Assembly (NCBI RefSeq): GCF_001194135.2
Contig: NC_068990.1
Location: forward strand, 3,861,524-3,925,523
Direction of reading: 5' to 3'
Source: Octopus bimaculoides
Lineage: Eukaryota
DNA length: 64,000 nt
In this document: positions 52,630-64,000 of the stretch, piece by piece
Numbering within the stretch: the first letter of the stretch is position 1
Layout: each line of letters begins with the position of its first letter
The notes under the pieces: model-generated
What the model saw: the letters and a program-made list of their open reading frames with translations, nothing else
What the model was told of the DNA's origin: nothing
The model's database searches: none
Program-made: the position numbers and the translations under genes

Positions 52630-52940
52630 TGTGAAATTGGATATGGTTGTTGACACTGTTAATTAAGTTTTTGAAATCATTGAGTTGGTCGAGTGTGTGG
52701 ATGAGGCAATCATCGAAGTAGAATTTCCAATTCTCCTACAGGTATTTGTGGAAAGACAGGCCGTATTTTGATTTGGATTCTTCAGAAATTTGTAATTCTA
52801 GGTAGACCATCACCAGGTGTGCATAGGTGGGGCAACTTTAGTACCTATTGCAGTCCCTGATACCTGTCTGTAGGTATTATTATTAAAATTAAAGAAGTTG
52901 TTTTGGAGGATAAACTTAAGGCTCTCAATGATAAATTCTT
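52630..52940 (-). mobile_element. Penelope-like reverse transcriptase fragment
   Basis: EFIIESLKFILQNNFFNFNNNTYRQVSGTAIGTKVAPP...VYLE...WKFYFDDCLI, the PLE QxxGxAMG and YxDD motifs; frameshift and stop present. Confidence 0.88.
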
Positions 52941-52959
52941 TTTTTTATATTCTTTCCAG

Positions 52960-53021
52960 GACCACATTGAGGTATCTTTCTAGCCAGAGCCCGCTGCCCT
53001 AACCACTGGGCCATTGCGGCT

Positions 53022-53025
<4 letters not shown>
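52960..53025 (-). mobile_element. tRNA-derived SINE head (family D), truncated
   Basis: Minus strand GTGGAGCCGCAATGGCCCAGTGGTTAGGGCAGCGG with A-box. Confidence 0.7.
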
Positions 53026-53097
<72 letters not shown>

Positions 53098-53261
53098 GTA
53101 TATATATATATANNNNNNNNNNNNNNNNNNNNNNNNNNNNNNNNNNNNNNNNNNNNNNNNNNNNNNNNNNNNNNNNNNNNNNNNNNNNNNNNNNNNNTAT
53201 ATATGTGTGTGTGTGTATGCATTTATGTATGTACGTATGTATATGTATAATTCTTTTTTGG

Positions 53262-53348
53262 AATAGGTTCTCTATTGAGAACCTATTGAGAATTGGTTCT
53301 CAATAGTTACTTGAAAGGTCTTTCAAGTAACTATTGACTTGAAAGACC
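53262..53348. repeat. Cascade of overlapping short inverted repeats
   Basis: Perfect 11-, 10- and 17-bp arm hairpins chained together. Confidence 0.92.
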
Positions 53349-53524
53349 TTTTGTATAAAAAAATCGATGATTTTCTGTGGGTCTCAGACTTAGATCTCCA
53401 GTAGACATGACATGTCTGCAGGAGATGTGTTTTGCACTTCGAAAACCAATACCAAAGTGAAATTTTGAAAGATTGTACATTTTCAGCGATGTGGGGGGGG
53501 GGGCGCGTATGTGCATGTGTTTAT

Positions 53525-53810
53525 ATATCATTGTATCGAACAGACAACCGGATGTTATACACCGCTGGTTACAATGCGCTTCTTTGCATTGTTATCCTTT
53601 TCGAATGATGCCACCCCGCAGATCAGTCAGGCAAGTCAATATTCCCACTGAATGAGACCATTTTGTCGCAGAGTTACCCATTTATAGTTGAATGGTTTGG
53701 AGGAACGTGAAATGAAGTATTTTATAGAAGAACATAACACACCGACGAGCTGGGAATCGAAATAAAGATCTTCCGAGTAATACATTAACCACTAAGCTAT
53801 GCGCCTTCAC
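53525..53810 (-). mobile_element. tRNA-derived SINE family C
   Basis: Minus strand GTGAAGGCGCATAGCTTAGTGGTTAA...TTCGATTCCC. Confidence 0.75.
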
Positions 53811-54129
53811 CATATATATGTGTGTGTGCATTTATGTGTGTATGTATGTGTATGTATGTGTATGTGTGTATGTGTATGTATGTGTATGTGTGTGTGTGTA
53901 CATATATATATATATATGTATCATATACGTATGAGCGAGTACGCCTGCGTGTGTTTGTGAAGTCGATGTATCCATTTATATATTTTGTTATATAGAGTTA
54001 GAAATCTTTTACATTAAGTATTTTCATTTTCTCTTCATATATGTGTATGCATGTGTGTGTACGTGCTTCCAGAATCAAAGCTCCTTTCGGAACCATAGAC
54101 TTATAAGTCTGTCTTCCCGGATTCTGAGG

Positions 54130-54330
54130 CGTTTATGCTCCCTTCCTCCCAAGATGCGACGCCGATCCATCATAGGATTACTCATCTTCCCCCTGCTGAG
54201 CAGATTCAAGCAACGTGAAGTGGAGTGTATTGCTCAAGAACAGCACAACGCATCACCCGATCCAGGAATCGAAACCTCAATCTTACGATCATGAGTGCAA
54301 CACCCTAACCACTAGACCACGTCCCTCCAC
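54130..54330 (-). mobile_element. tRNA-derived SINE family C
   Basis: Minus strand GTGGAGGGACGTGGTCTAGTGGTTAGGGTG...GGTTTCGATTCCTGG (A and B boxes). Confidence 0.85.
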
Positions 54331-55159
54331 GTACCAGTATACAGTCACACATATATTCATAACTAAGCTTAAGACCTATACGCCCATATAATCATATGCT
54401 TGCATAAATATATATGTGCGTGTGTGTACATTATAGCACCATGCATATGCTCTATACAGCACGTTTTCTTATTTCGTTTCATAAATGATATATGCTGTTG
54501 GTTTTCAGCTTGGTTTCTACTCATTGATAGTATGTGTCATTCAGAGACAGTAGTGAGTGTCATTTGGCATTCTAATCCACGGAAACTAATGTTCACATGT
54601 CAGTCTGTGGCAATTTAAATACATGTCTAATGTCGTTTTATGTTATGATTATGTCTACGGAAAATGGTATCTGTCAAGCTTTAGAATCGAATTTGACAAT
54701 TTCTTACATTCTACGTCGTAATATCTTTCGCCGTCGTTACTGTTTTCCTTGTTCATGCTCTTGTTCATGTTCTTGCTATCGTTCTTGTTTCTGTTACTCA
54801 GCAATTTATTTATCTATCTTTATACTATTTTTCTTATGCCTGTCGTTATTGATATATTTGCTGCTGCTGTTGTTGTTGTTGTTTTCTCGTTGACATTCGT
54901 TCTTCCTGTTGGTACCGTTGTTTATGTTATTGTTTTGTTGTTGTCTGAGACCACACCTTCTCAGAGTCTTTATACAGCCAGTCCTGCACCTCCTATGATG
55001 CTGTCTTCCACCTTCAATCGCCTTCACACCAATAAAAACTGTTCTGTTGTATAATGTTGTATGATCCGTATTTATATGCACTGTACCATATATAACCTAA
55101 CATCAAGACACTCATTCATATACATACGTGCATACATACGTAGTAGTATATCTCTGTAA

Positions 55160-55490
55160 AATCTTCAATAAAATGCAAACATAATAGACCAAACACCATG
55201 GTTTAGAATAGAGGAGAGAAACTATGTACAGTAGTGGATGTCAGTTGCTCAGAGATGTGGACATAAATTTAAAGATCAGTTAGAAAGAAAATGCATATAC
55301 TGAACTTTCGAAAGATTTACAGATGATTCACCCACGCTACAAGTTTAGATTCATACCACTAATTACTGAGCTGTTTGGATATGTGAATCACCAGCCTCTC
55401 TACCAATCTTGAGAAATTATGGTTCTTAAAATCAGAAAGAAAACTAATTGGAAGGCAACTGGTGCAAGCCACCATCGTAACTGTCAAAAT
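55160..55490 (+). mobile_element. RLE-type LINE 3' fragment (second subfamily)
   Basis: IKCKHNRPNT...KLCTVVDVSC...QMIHPRYKFRFIPLI...TVKICK remnants. Confidence 0.7.
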
Positions 55491-55819
55491 ATGTAAAAAA
55501 AAAAGTGTGTATAAAGTACGTGTACGTGTCTTAACATGCAATTCAATGTATATGTTTACACACATACACATAAAACAAAGTGCATACATCTGCACATGTA
55601 CTGACACCAAATACTTGCACATATACACACATACATGTACCCTGTTACTCTTGTAGAAACTCCATTGAAGGTGCTTTGGATTTAAATTAGTTCTTTCTTC
55701 ATCGGCAAGAAATCTATAAAGTGAACAATGACATACTTACGTAAATACTTACATACACACATACATATCAGCTGACATGTTTTGCTCAGAAAATGTCAGC
55801 TTAATGTTAAAGTTTAGTG

Positions 55820-56030
55820 AAAAAAATAATATCTACGTCGGACCGACGAGGAATCTGCCTGTACTTCATCCAGATTATAAAGTTAGATTTCAACTAACAA
55901 TTATTGAAGTTCTTGGCAACGTGCATAATTGCTTCAGAACCGATTTTATTGGGTTTGGATTCACAAAACTAGAAAGAACATGCTTAATCAGATGATTACA
56001 GCTAGAAACTGTCAAAAGCACTGTCAAAAT
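55820..56030 (+). mobile_element. RLE-type LINE 3' fragment (same subfamily, older)
   Basis: NIYVGPTRNLPVLHPDYKVRFQLTIIEVLG...STVKI parallels the 55.2-kb copy. Confidence 0.6.
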
Positions 56031-56499
56031 ATAGAATACATTCATGAAGTTCAGCATGAAATAAAATCCACATATGCAATCCAATCCAAGCCTGCTTAGA
56101 TAATATACGCATACATGTACAAAAACATGCATACATATGCACATGCTAATATACATACATAAATACATACATTTATATAAGATTATTCCTGTTTGATGTT
56201 GTCTAGTTTCAATGAAAGAGTATTGTTTCTAGGCTAGAAACCGGCTCCTTTCTCCATTTGGAGAGAAATTCTAAAAGCAAACGTCAAGAAGGAACATGTC
56301 TACAAAGGGACGGAATAGTCATTATCTAGTTTTGATTGATTTTATTAAGTTATAGTTAATTCCGTTAGTTGTGTACTTGGTTGTGTGTAGGTTAATTAGT
56401 TGATGAGTTTCTCTAGTAAAAACTCTGAATACGGTTAAATCAAAAGATGAAAGGTTATAATTGTTGGCGAAGAGTTTGGTCATTCTGGCCAACAATGGT

Positions 56500-56755
56500 A
56501 AATAACGTCGGCGGTCCTGATGATAATCTTCAACGTGATGATGACGGTGACGACGACGACGACGATGAAAATGATAGTGACCTCCACAATGATGATGGTG
56601 GTCGTGGTGGTGATGGCGGTGATGGTGGTTGTGGTGGTGATGGTGGTGATGGTGGTTGTAGTGTTGATGTTGGTGGTGGTATGATGATGATGATTGCAAA
56701 GATGAGGAGATGAGGAGGAAGTCAGCAACGACGACGGTGATGTAGGTGATTACGA
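56500..56755. repeat. Compound (GAT/GAC/GGT)n trinucleotide low-complexity tract
   Basis: Direct reading; explains the poly-H, G/D and T ORFs. Confidence 0.85.
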
Positions 56756-57411
56756 CGAATGTTATTTCTGGTTAATCGCAACTCGAAGCTATTTCTGTTA
56801 GTAGAGAAATTCGCTTTGGACTTGTGATTTCATGTTTGTTTCAGTTATTCAAAATACTATTATGCTTTCCTTTGTAATGTATGACGGACGATGTTTATAT
56901 ATATATATATATATATATATATNNNNNNNNNNNNNNNNNNNNNNNNNNNNNNNNNNNNNNNNNNNNNNNNNNNNNNNNNNNNNNNNNNNNNNNNNNNNNN
57001 NNNNNNNNNNNNNNNNNNNNNNNNNNNNNNNNNNNNNNNNNNNNNNNNNNNNNNNNNNNNNNNNNNNNNNNNNNNNNNNNNNNNNNNNNNNNNNNNNNNN
57101 NNNNNNNNNNNNNNNNNNNNNNNNNNNNNNNNNNNNNNNNNNNNNNNNNNNNNNNNNNNNNNNNNNNNNNNNNNNNNNNNNNNNNNNNNNNNNNNNNNNN
57201 NNNNNNNNNNNNNNNNNNNNNNNNNNNNNNNNNNNNNNNNNNNNNNNNNNNNNNNNNNNNNNNNNNNNNNNNNNNNNNNNNNNNNNNNNNNNNNNNNNNN
57301 NNNNNNNNNNNNNNNNNNNNNNNNNNNNNNNNNNNNNNNNNNNNNNNNNNNNNNNNNNNNNNNNNNNNNNNNNNNNNNNNNNNNNNNNNNNNNNNNNNNN
57401 NNNNNNNNNNN

Positions 57412-57454
<43 letters not shown>

Positions 57455-57471
57455 CATATATAGATATACAT

Positions 57472-57530
57472 ATCTCTTTTACTCTTTTACTTGTTTCAGT
57501 CATTTGACTGTGGCTGGAGCACCGTCTTTA
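57472..57530 (-). mobile_element. SINE family B 3' tail
   Basis: Minus strand taaagacggtgctccagccacagtcaaatgactgaaacaagtaaaagagtaaaagag. Confidence 0.85.
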
Positions 57531-57540
57531 ACAAATACTT

Positions 57541-57606
57541 CGCCCGAAGGGAGACATGAACCCACGACCCTCAGATTAAAAGTCTGATGCTCTACCGACT
57601 GAGCTA
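57541..57606 (-). pseudogene. tRNA-Lys-TTT: tRNA-Lys(UUU) pseudogene lacking the 5' acceptor strand
   Basis: TAGCTCAGTCGGTAGAGCATCAGACTTTTAATCTGAGGGTCGTGGGTTCATGTCTCCCTTCGGGCG: D and anticodon arms intact, T-arm mutated, 5' GCCCGGA replaced by (TA)n. Confidence 0.92.
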
Positions 57607-58899
57607 TATATATATATCCCAATATACATTTAAATTATTTTCTGGTTTCAGTCATCATACAGGAGCACCACTCGCGAGAGGTGAATATTCCCATAGCATG
57701 TCATTCTGTCACAGCTATTTTTCTCAAAAAATAAAAGCTTCTTTCTAACAAAACACGAAATGTTGTGGGAAGGGATTAGCACTTGGCTGGTGCTTTATAT
57801 CATTGACTTGAAATGGGCGAATGACAGCACTGACCTTGGCAGAGATTTATCCAAATATGAAAGTCCTTGCTATTTTGTAAAGAAAAAATTGTAGCGCCAT
57901 ATCTTTCCTTGCTCTTCGCTAATTGGATAACGAGGCACTCTCTTTTGTGACATATTTTTCCACACGTTTTCCTTTTTCCTGAAGATGGTCGATGTTTACT
58001 ATTTCTTCTGAACTTTCAATGTTAGCATTAAATGAGTCGCTGCTCATCATGTTAGCATTAGATGTGTCGATGGTGCTGCTTTCCTTATTGTTATTAAGTT
58101 TGAATTTTTGCAACAATTTTCTTTTTGTCTTGTAACTATTTATAAATCTTAAATTTCTATTCATGTTTTCTAACACTAGGCAATCGTTTTTACTGCTATT
58201 ACATTTTTGGTTGCAACCTCTCATAAAATACTATATTAAACAAAATAGTTGTTTGCATAAATACATATATTTATAAAAACGGAAAGGACGAACCTTCTTG
58301 GCACCAAAGTGATATGGTTTAAATAACCCGAAAAAAGTCTTTTTTACTCATTTTTCCTACCTATCTAGTTCTGCAAATAATGCCAAAAACACATGAATGA
58401 ACACGATAACAATATATTTATATTGTGCATATGTTTTAAAGCCATATTCTGACCAAAAGAAATGGAAGTACAACAATAATCTCTTATAAAATTTGAAAAA
58501 TAACCCCGATCTAAAAAGTAAAGTTGAACACTAACAGACTAACTTACAAGTATACATTCTCAAAGCCAAACTGTATCAGGAACCGAAACAGAAGACTTAA
58601 AATAAGGGTTGTATAACTAAAGTACAAATGACAAGCACAAAGTCAATGTGAAAAATAAAAACGAGACAAAAAAGAAAAAAATGTATTAAAAACCAAATGA
58701 ATAACTTCTAAATCCTAGAGCAACTATAAAATACAGACGAACAATTACCTGACAAGAACAACAAAGGCAAACATAAATGAAAGACATCTGAATATCACAT
58801 GTGAATAGAAAATTCTGAAGTTGAAGCTCATGAACGTGACAAACTAAAGGTAGAAATAATTTTGAGATTGAAAACCAAAAGAACTTCCTACATAGCAAC

Positions 58900-61736
58900 G
58901 AAAGTACGCCTTAAGGGTAAAACAGCGTTAAACAGCAACAATGATAAGACTCAAACTTGACCAGCACATTTTAATGAAAAGAATTACAAACATCATTATC
59001 ACCAGTTTAAATGAGATAATATGAACAAAAGCTACTGTAGTTAGAAATGTAAGAGGTTTTCCCTTGAATCTACTGATATAGGAAGAAAATCGAAGAAAAA
59101 GCATGGTAACAAATTTAAATAAAAATTTAGAAAATAAGAGAGAAGTTCTCTTAATCCTTTTTGAAATAAATAAGGAAACAACGTAACTGGGAAAGAAAAC
59201 TACAAATGAATACTACAAAAATACAACGTGACAAAGAAAGGAAGTATCCTAAATTCAAAGAACCCCTGGAAGAAAAGAATTTCTCTGAATTTCAAATAAT
59301 CCGTCGGTATGAAAAGCGAGAACGTTTCTTTGAACAAAGAGGACACTTCGACTCGAAAATGATTTTATCATGAACTCAGCAAAAATAAAATATAATTCAA
59401 TGGAGTACAAACCTCAAGAAAAGCTGACGAATTCTGGGAGATAATTATGGAAGTGAAACAATTATCTCCGACAAGATTATTCAAAATAACGAATACGGTA
59501 TCTGAACAATCGTGCAAGACAAGAACAAAAGAATGAGTCAAAATACTACAAAAGAAGCAAACATCAGGAAGACTCCAGGACATGGAAAGATACCCACCTT
59601 AGGATAAAATAATTTCCAGTTTGAAATAGAGTGCTATTAGAATTGTTTAATAAGATACTGACAGAATTAGATACAACTGGCTCACCCACAGGAAAACCAA
59701 CTTCATCCTCAAGATTGCAAATCCTCTAAACTAAAAATCGTGCCTTCCAGCAGCATGAAAGAATTTTCATCAAAAAGATGTAAATATCTTGTAAAAATAG
59801 CATCTTTCCTCTGAAGAACAAGTTTGTTGTTAAGATGTAAAGTTTAAGTATTAATCAACAAAGCTATAACCAGAAACTGTAGGATAGAGCAAGGCCTCAG
59901 TATAGCATGAATTGGCTAACAGAAAGTTTTTGAACATGTTCCCCTCGCATGCACACAACAAACATTATCCATAGTTAATGTAGCAGTAATATGATATAGT
60001 AATCACGTGATAGGTAAATGATAAACAATTCCGCAAGTATTAATTAATCTCCATTAAAAGAAACTTATCATAAGAATCCTTCTTGATACTTGTTTTATTC
60101 TTAGTGCTAAGACATTTAACCAATATATTAAACAGACCGAACTCAGATACAACTGCTCTGGGAGGGCAAGCAACCGTTTTATTTTGCAAATGGACGATTT
60201 CAATTCGTACACTGCAGAGGATAAACAACTAGAAATACTGCTACATACAGTACACAGACTTGCGAGATTCGGTTTAGAAAATGGACCAAGGCAACATTAA
60301 TTAAAAACGCTAACACCATGGTAAATAACGAAACAGACAGCCAGAAATAGACCAAACACATATTTACAAACATTTAGAAATCAATGGACTAGATAGAGTG
60401 CAGCTCACATTAATGAAAAAAAGATAGGAAGGACTATTATAGACGCACTACATAAATACTTCGAACAGAGCTAAATACAACGAAATTAAGATAATAGGCA
60501 CCGATAATCTTGCTATTACTTTAATTTCCAACTTGCAAGATGCTACAAAAATAGAAAGATATTTACCGTCTATAGAATATACAGCGTAAAGTCTAACATA
60601 GAAATGCTATAATTACACGAATACAAGGAGGTAGGGTCCTTATTACACTAGCAAACTAGTATAAAATAGAAATAGAATAGAATCATGAAAAGCTAATACA
60701 AATAGCTGCAACTCATGAGCAAAACAAAAAGTTGTTTGTCTCCAAAAGAAAACCATCGAATACAAACAGAAGTTAAGATGACAGAATGTTTTGCGAAGAA
60801 AGGAGCACTAGCAGAAATTATGTAAAGCCGCAAAGGGAAGCTAAAGATGGAACTACAGAATGCCATGCTAAAACAGCGACAGGAGAAGCCTCTACATGAC
60901 CAATATAAAAAAATACTGAATAGATTAAAATAGACAAAAATACAATTCATAGCACTGTCTGAAAAACACAAATCTCAAAGTAGAGGCTGAATTATTCTTT
61001 ATTTCAGTACAAGTTGAAAATCGTCCAAACAGGGGTCGCCAAAAACATAATGAAGCAGAATACCTTAAATTGCAGCAGAATATGAGAAATTGAGCAACAA
61101 ATAATTAATTATATTTTCCTAGCTGTCCAGCCTTAGCCAAGAAAGAATACATCAACAACATGACAATGTTGTGATTACACAGATTGCAAGACATGCAAGC
61201 ATTGTGAAATACCTCCAGAAAATAGAAAGCATATATATATATGAAAAGTCTCTGAACTGAGAATAACGAAGCTACCATAGTCTAGGATAAGCCAATCCTT
61301 AGAGATAGAGATAGCACGGCTACTCCCTTGCAGTAAGGAAAGGAATCGAAGTGCTACTCCTTCGAAGTAGGGAAAGGAAAGGAAAAGAAATGTCTCCTAA
61401 TAGAACCCTGGTTCAACAGATAATAATGTACCACTAAAAGAAACTGAGAATTTAGCCAAAATATTTGGAAACTGAAATAAGCATTATGCGGAGACTTAAA
61501 ACAAAGAATGTCTGTAATAATAGTTCTGTTGGGAATAATTACAAAGCAAGAATTCAAATACATAACTGAAATTCCAATATATGTGCAATATACAGAAAAT
61601 TGCTGTACTATGCACTGTACACCAATTACGTGGAATACTTTCAACACATTAGAATATTACTACAACAAAAGTACCGCACATAGGATGTAGTGAAAGCGCA
61701 CAATAAATATCAAACAACTGAGAAATAAATTAATCA

Positions 61737-61790
<54 letters not shown>
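58900..61790 (+). mobile_element. Long, heavily degenerate RLE-type (R4/Dong-like) LINE ending in (AAT)n
   Basis: Ordered remnants: FWxxI, kxPG, RFGLEK, EKPLHxQY, SCPALAKKEYI..HDNV, KCLLI, STAHRM, then (AAT)~18. The 5' boundary is uncertain. Confidence 0.7.
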
Positions 61791-61795
<5 letters not shown>

Positions 61796-62143
61796 TAGCA
61801 CGCAGAGAGCGCCAACCTCCGCCTAGGCAACACCAACGTCCTCTCGACGATTAGCCAGAGAGGATTTTTAAAATGAGAATATCTGAAATTAATTCGACTG
61901 CTCTCACAAACGAGAATACTAAAAATGAACCCAATTGCTCTCAAAAATTAAGTGAAAAAAAAAACGAAAAATAATCGAGAATCCTTGTCCGGTACCGGAT
62001 CGACCCCAAAATCTAACCAGTTCGAGGCCAAACATACCTGAAAGTTTCATTCGAATCCATTCAGCGGTTCTTGAGATATCTTGTCCACGGATAAACAAAC
62101 ACGACTGAAAACAACATATCCGCCTTCACTAAGGCGGAGGTAA
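61791..62143 (+). mobile_element. Helentron-associated (HINE/DINE-like) non-autonomous element
   Basis: Subterminal inverted repeat ACCTCCGCC (61815) / GGCGGAGGT (62133), 3' stem-loop TCCGCCTT-CACT-AAGGCGGA, inserted in (AAT)n. Confidence 0.7.
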
Positions 62144-62164
62144 TAATAATAATAATAATAATAA

Positions 62165-62370
62165 TAATTTTTGTGCTATAGGCACAAGGTCTGAAATTTG
62201 GCGGGAGAGTGGCTGGTTATCGATCCCAGTGTTCAACTGATATTTGTTTTATCGTCCTGGAAAAGAAGAAAGTCAAATATAATGTCAGAGGAATTTGGAC
62301 TCAGGCCGTAGAATCGGATGAATTACCACGAAGTGTTTATTCTGACGATCTAACGAGTCTGCTAGCTCAG
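62165..62370 (-). mobile_element. SINE family A, degenerate, tail type 2
   Basis: ctataggcacaaggtctgaaattt...ggaatttggactcagg. Confidence 0.7.
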
Positions 62371-63054
62371 TATTAACTACATGGATTAATATCTTCAAAA
62401 GTTTTTCATGAATTCAACCCAGACGTCAAAATTGAGCATGTGACTTGTCAAATGCATCAAAGACTTATCATTATATCCAGTCACTGAAATCATAGAATTT
62501 TGTATGGTTAGGATTAGGTGAAATTGATAAGATACAACACATTCAAGTAAGGAAGAAAATTAAAAACTAGAAAATTAGGAAATAAACTTACTATTAATGG
62601 TGGAAGTGAACGCTAGAAATAAAATTTTAGGTATCACAATTATATTTTTTAAATGGCTTCAAAATAATAAATTGAATCTAAAGTGAATTGAAAAGAGAAA
62701 AGTTAATACAGTAAACTAGAAATTTACTGACAAAATTCCAGTGGATGAGTAGAGTGATTCTTGTAGTGATGTGGTGACAATAAGTGTGATTATCATCGTT
62801 ATGATGAAGGTGATGATAGTCATCATCGTCGTTGTCATCATCATAATAATTATTATAATGATGCTAGTGTTGATAATTAAGATGCTGGTGTCAGATGCTT
62901 AAAAAACAACATTTATATTCAAACAGATACATGACTAGTGAAAATGTATTTTCTTTGCTAATTACTTTTGTACTTTGTCTTAATTTACGATGCGTTAATT
63001 AGAAAAAAAAATAGAATATAGTAAAATGATAATAAATAATAATGATGATGATGA

Positions 63055-63262
63055 TGTGCCCTGTAGAACTGTTACAAAAGATTTGCCTCCTTGGCACGAC
63101 CATAATAATCGAAAAGAACCGATACTATGGTACCGTAGTCTGCAGCTAGCAAACCCGCTACGCATACAAGACCCAAAGAGTTCCAACAAAACCTGTGATA
63201 GAAAGAAATATTTATAATAATTAATAATGATAATAATAATAATAATAATAATAATATGGTTT
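63055..63262 (+). mobile_element. RLE-LINE extreme 3' fragment with (AAT)n tail
   Basis: CPVELLQKICLLGT C-terminal motif, then UTR and (AAT)n. Confidence 0.7.
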
Positions 63263-63264
63263 CT

Positions 63265-63438
63265 TAAACATTCACTTGAACAAAACTGTACAATTCCAAA
63301 TATATGGTACCCTAGGCATAACACCTACATGAACTTCTAACTTGTTGTCTCTTGAGGTCTCTGGGTGAGACTTGGATCCAACTTGTACAAATGCAAAACA
63401 AAAGTCAAACATAAAATAATAATAATAATAATAATAAT
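63265..63438 (+). mobile_element. Probable LINE 3' UTR fragment with (AAT)n tail
   Basis: tcttgaggtctctgggtgagacttgg...gtcaaacataaa(aat)n; recognised from memory and from context only. Confidence 0.45.
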
Positions 63439-63439
63439 A

Positions 63440-64000
63440 TTGGGTCTTCCCATAAATAATGTGATTTTCCAATTCCATGGACTAAAAGTCAGAGGGGAAC
63501 GGGATAAACTACCTGCATCAACTTGCTACAAAAGCAGATAGTAATTTTATCTTGTACTTATTCTTAGTGCAAATCTTGAAGAGTGCAGTTCGATTTTAAG
63601 TTATTTTATCAAAGCTATTATGGAAGTGGCAAAGGAGCATATTGGGGATATTTTGCTTTATGAGTTCAATAAAGGCAACAACGCAACAGAAAGTGCGAGG
63701 AATATCAATGCAGTATATGGGGATCGGACAATAAGCGTAAGCCAGTGTCAACAGTGGTTCCAGAAATTCCGAGCCATAAACTACAATCTAGAAGACGAGC
63801 CTCGTCCTGAAAGATCGATAGAGCTCGATGAGAACGTTCTGCCAAACTTGGTGGGGAAAATCCTATCGTAACTGTTGAGGAACATGCAGAAAAGCTTGGA
63901 TTTGATCATTCAGCCATTCATCGATATTTGCGTGCCATCGAAAAAGTCAGCAAATTGGGTCAGTGGGTTCCTCACAAACTTTCCGAGTCTAATCGCGCGC
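63440..64000 (+). mobile_element. Mariner element 5' end: TIR plus transposase N-terminus (frameshifted), continuing beyond the window
   Basis: TA|TTGGGTCTTCCCATAAATAATGTG; ATG at 63620 MEVAKEHIGDILLYEFNKGNNATESARNINAVYG...QWFQKFR...LEDEPRPER; after a frameshift near 63865, KLGQWVPHKL (WVPHEL motif). Confidence 0.95.

Noticed and set aside
56322-56728. His-rich, Gly/Asp-rich and Thr-rich ORFs
   Set aside because: Three frames of one compound trinucleotide tract; no splice or homology support.
57919-58224. 101-aa hydrophilic ORF (MRGCNQKC...)
   Set aside because: No recognisable domain or good splice sites, and it lies next to degenerate LINE sequence; cannot be supported as a CDS.

Overview
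AT-rich, microsatellite-dense metazoan genomic DNA with 11 N-gaps, almost all flanked by (TA)n, (TG)n or (GA)n. The SINE families and repeat style suggest a short-read octopod assembly such as Octopus bimaculoides; this is my recognition, not a database result. No host protein-coding gene can be confidently identified, and most ORF-track entries are microsatellite or gap artefacts. The window is a transposon graveyard. It holds mariner (DD34D) fragments, a complete TA-flanked internally deleted mariner, two Helitron PIF1-helicase remnants, a Helentron/HINE-like element, Penelope-like (PLE) RT and GIY-YIG remnants, RLE-type (R4/Dong-like) LINE pieces tied to (AAT)n tracts, several tRNA-derived SINE families and a tRNA-Lys(UUU) pseudogene. 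The main hidden signal is five dispersed type I hammerhead-ribozyme-like motifs (18.5, 22.7, 23.9, 35.8, 39.2 kb). Four have a very short palindromic stem III, as in PLE-associated hammerheads that cleave as dimers. Three sit inside inverted-repeat structures, including a spacer-less 230-bp palindrome folded at the ribozyme core. Most carry a core or register defect, so activity is unproven. Coordinates of degenerate elements are approximate.
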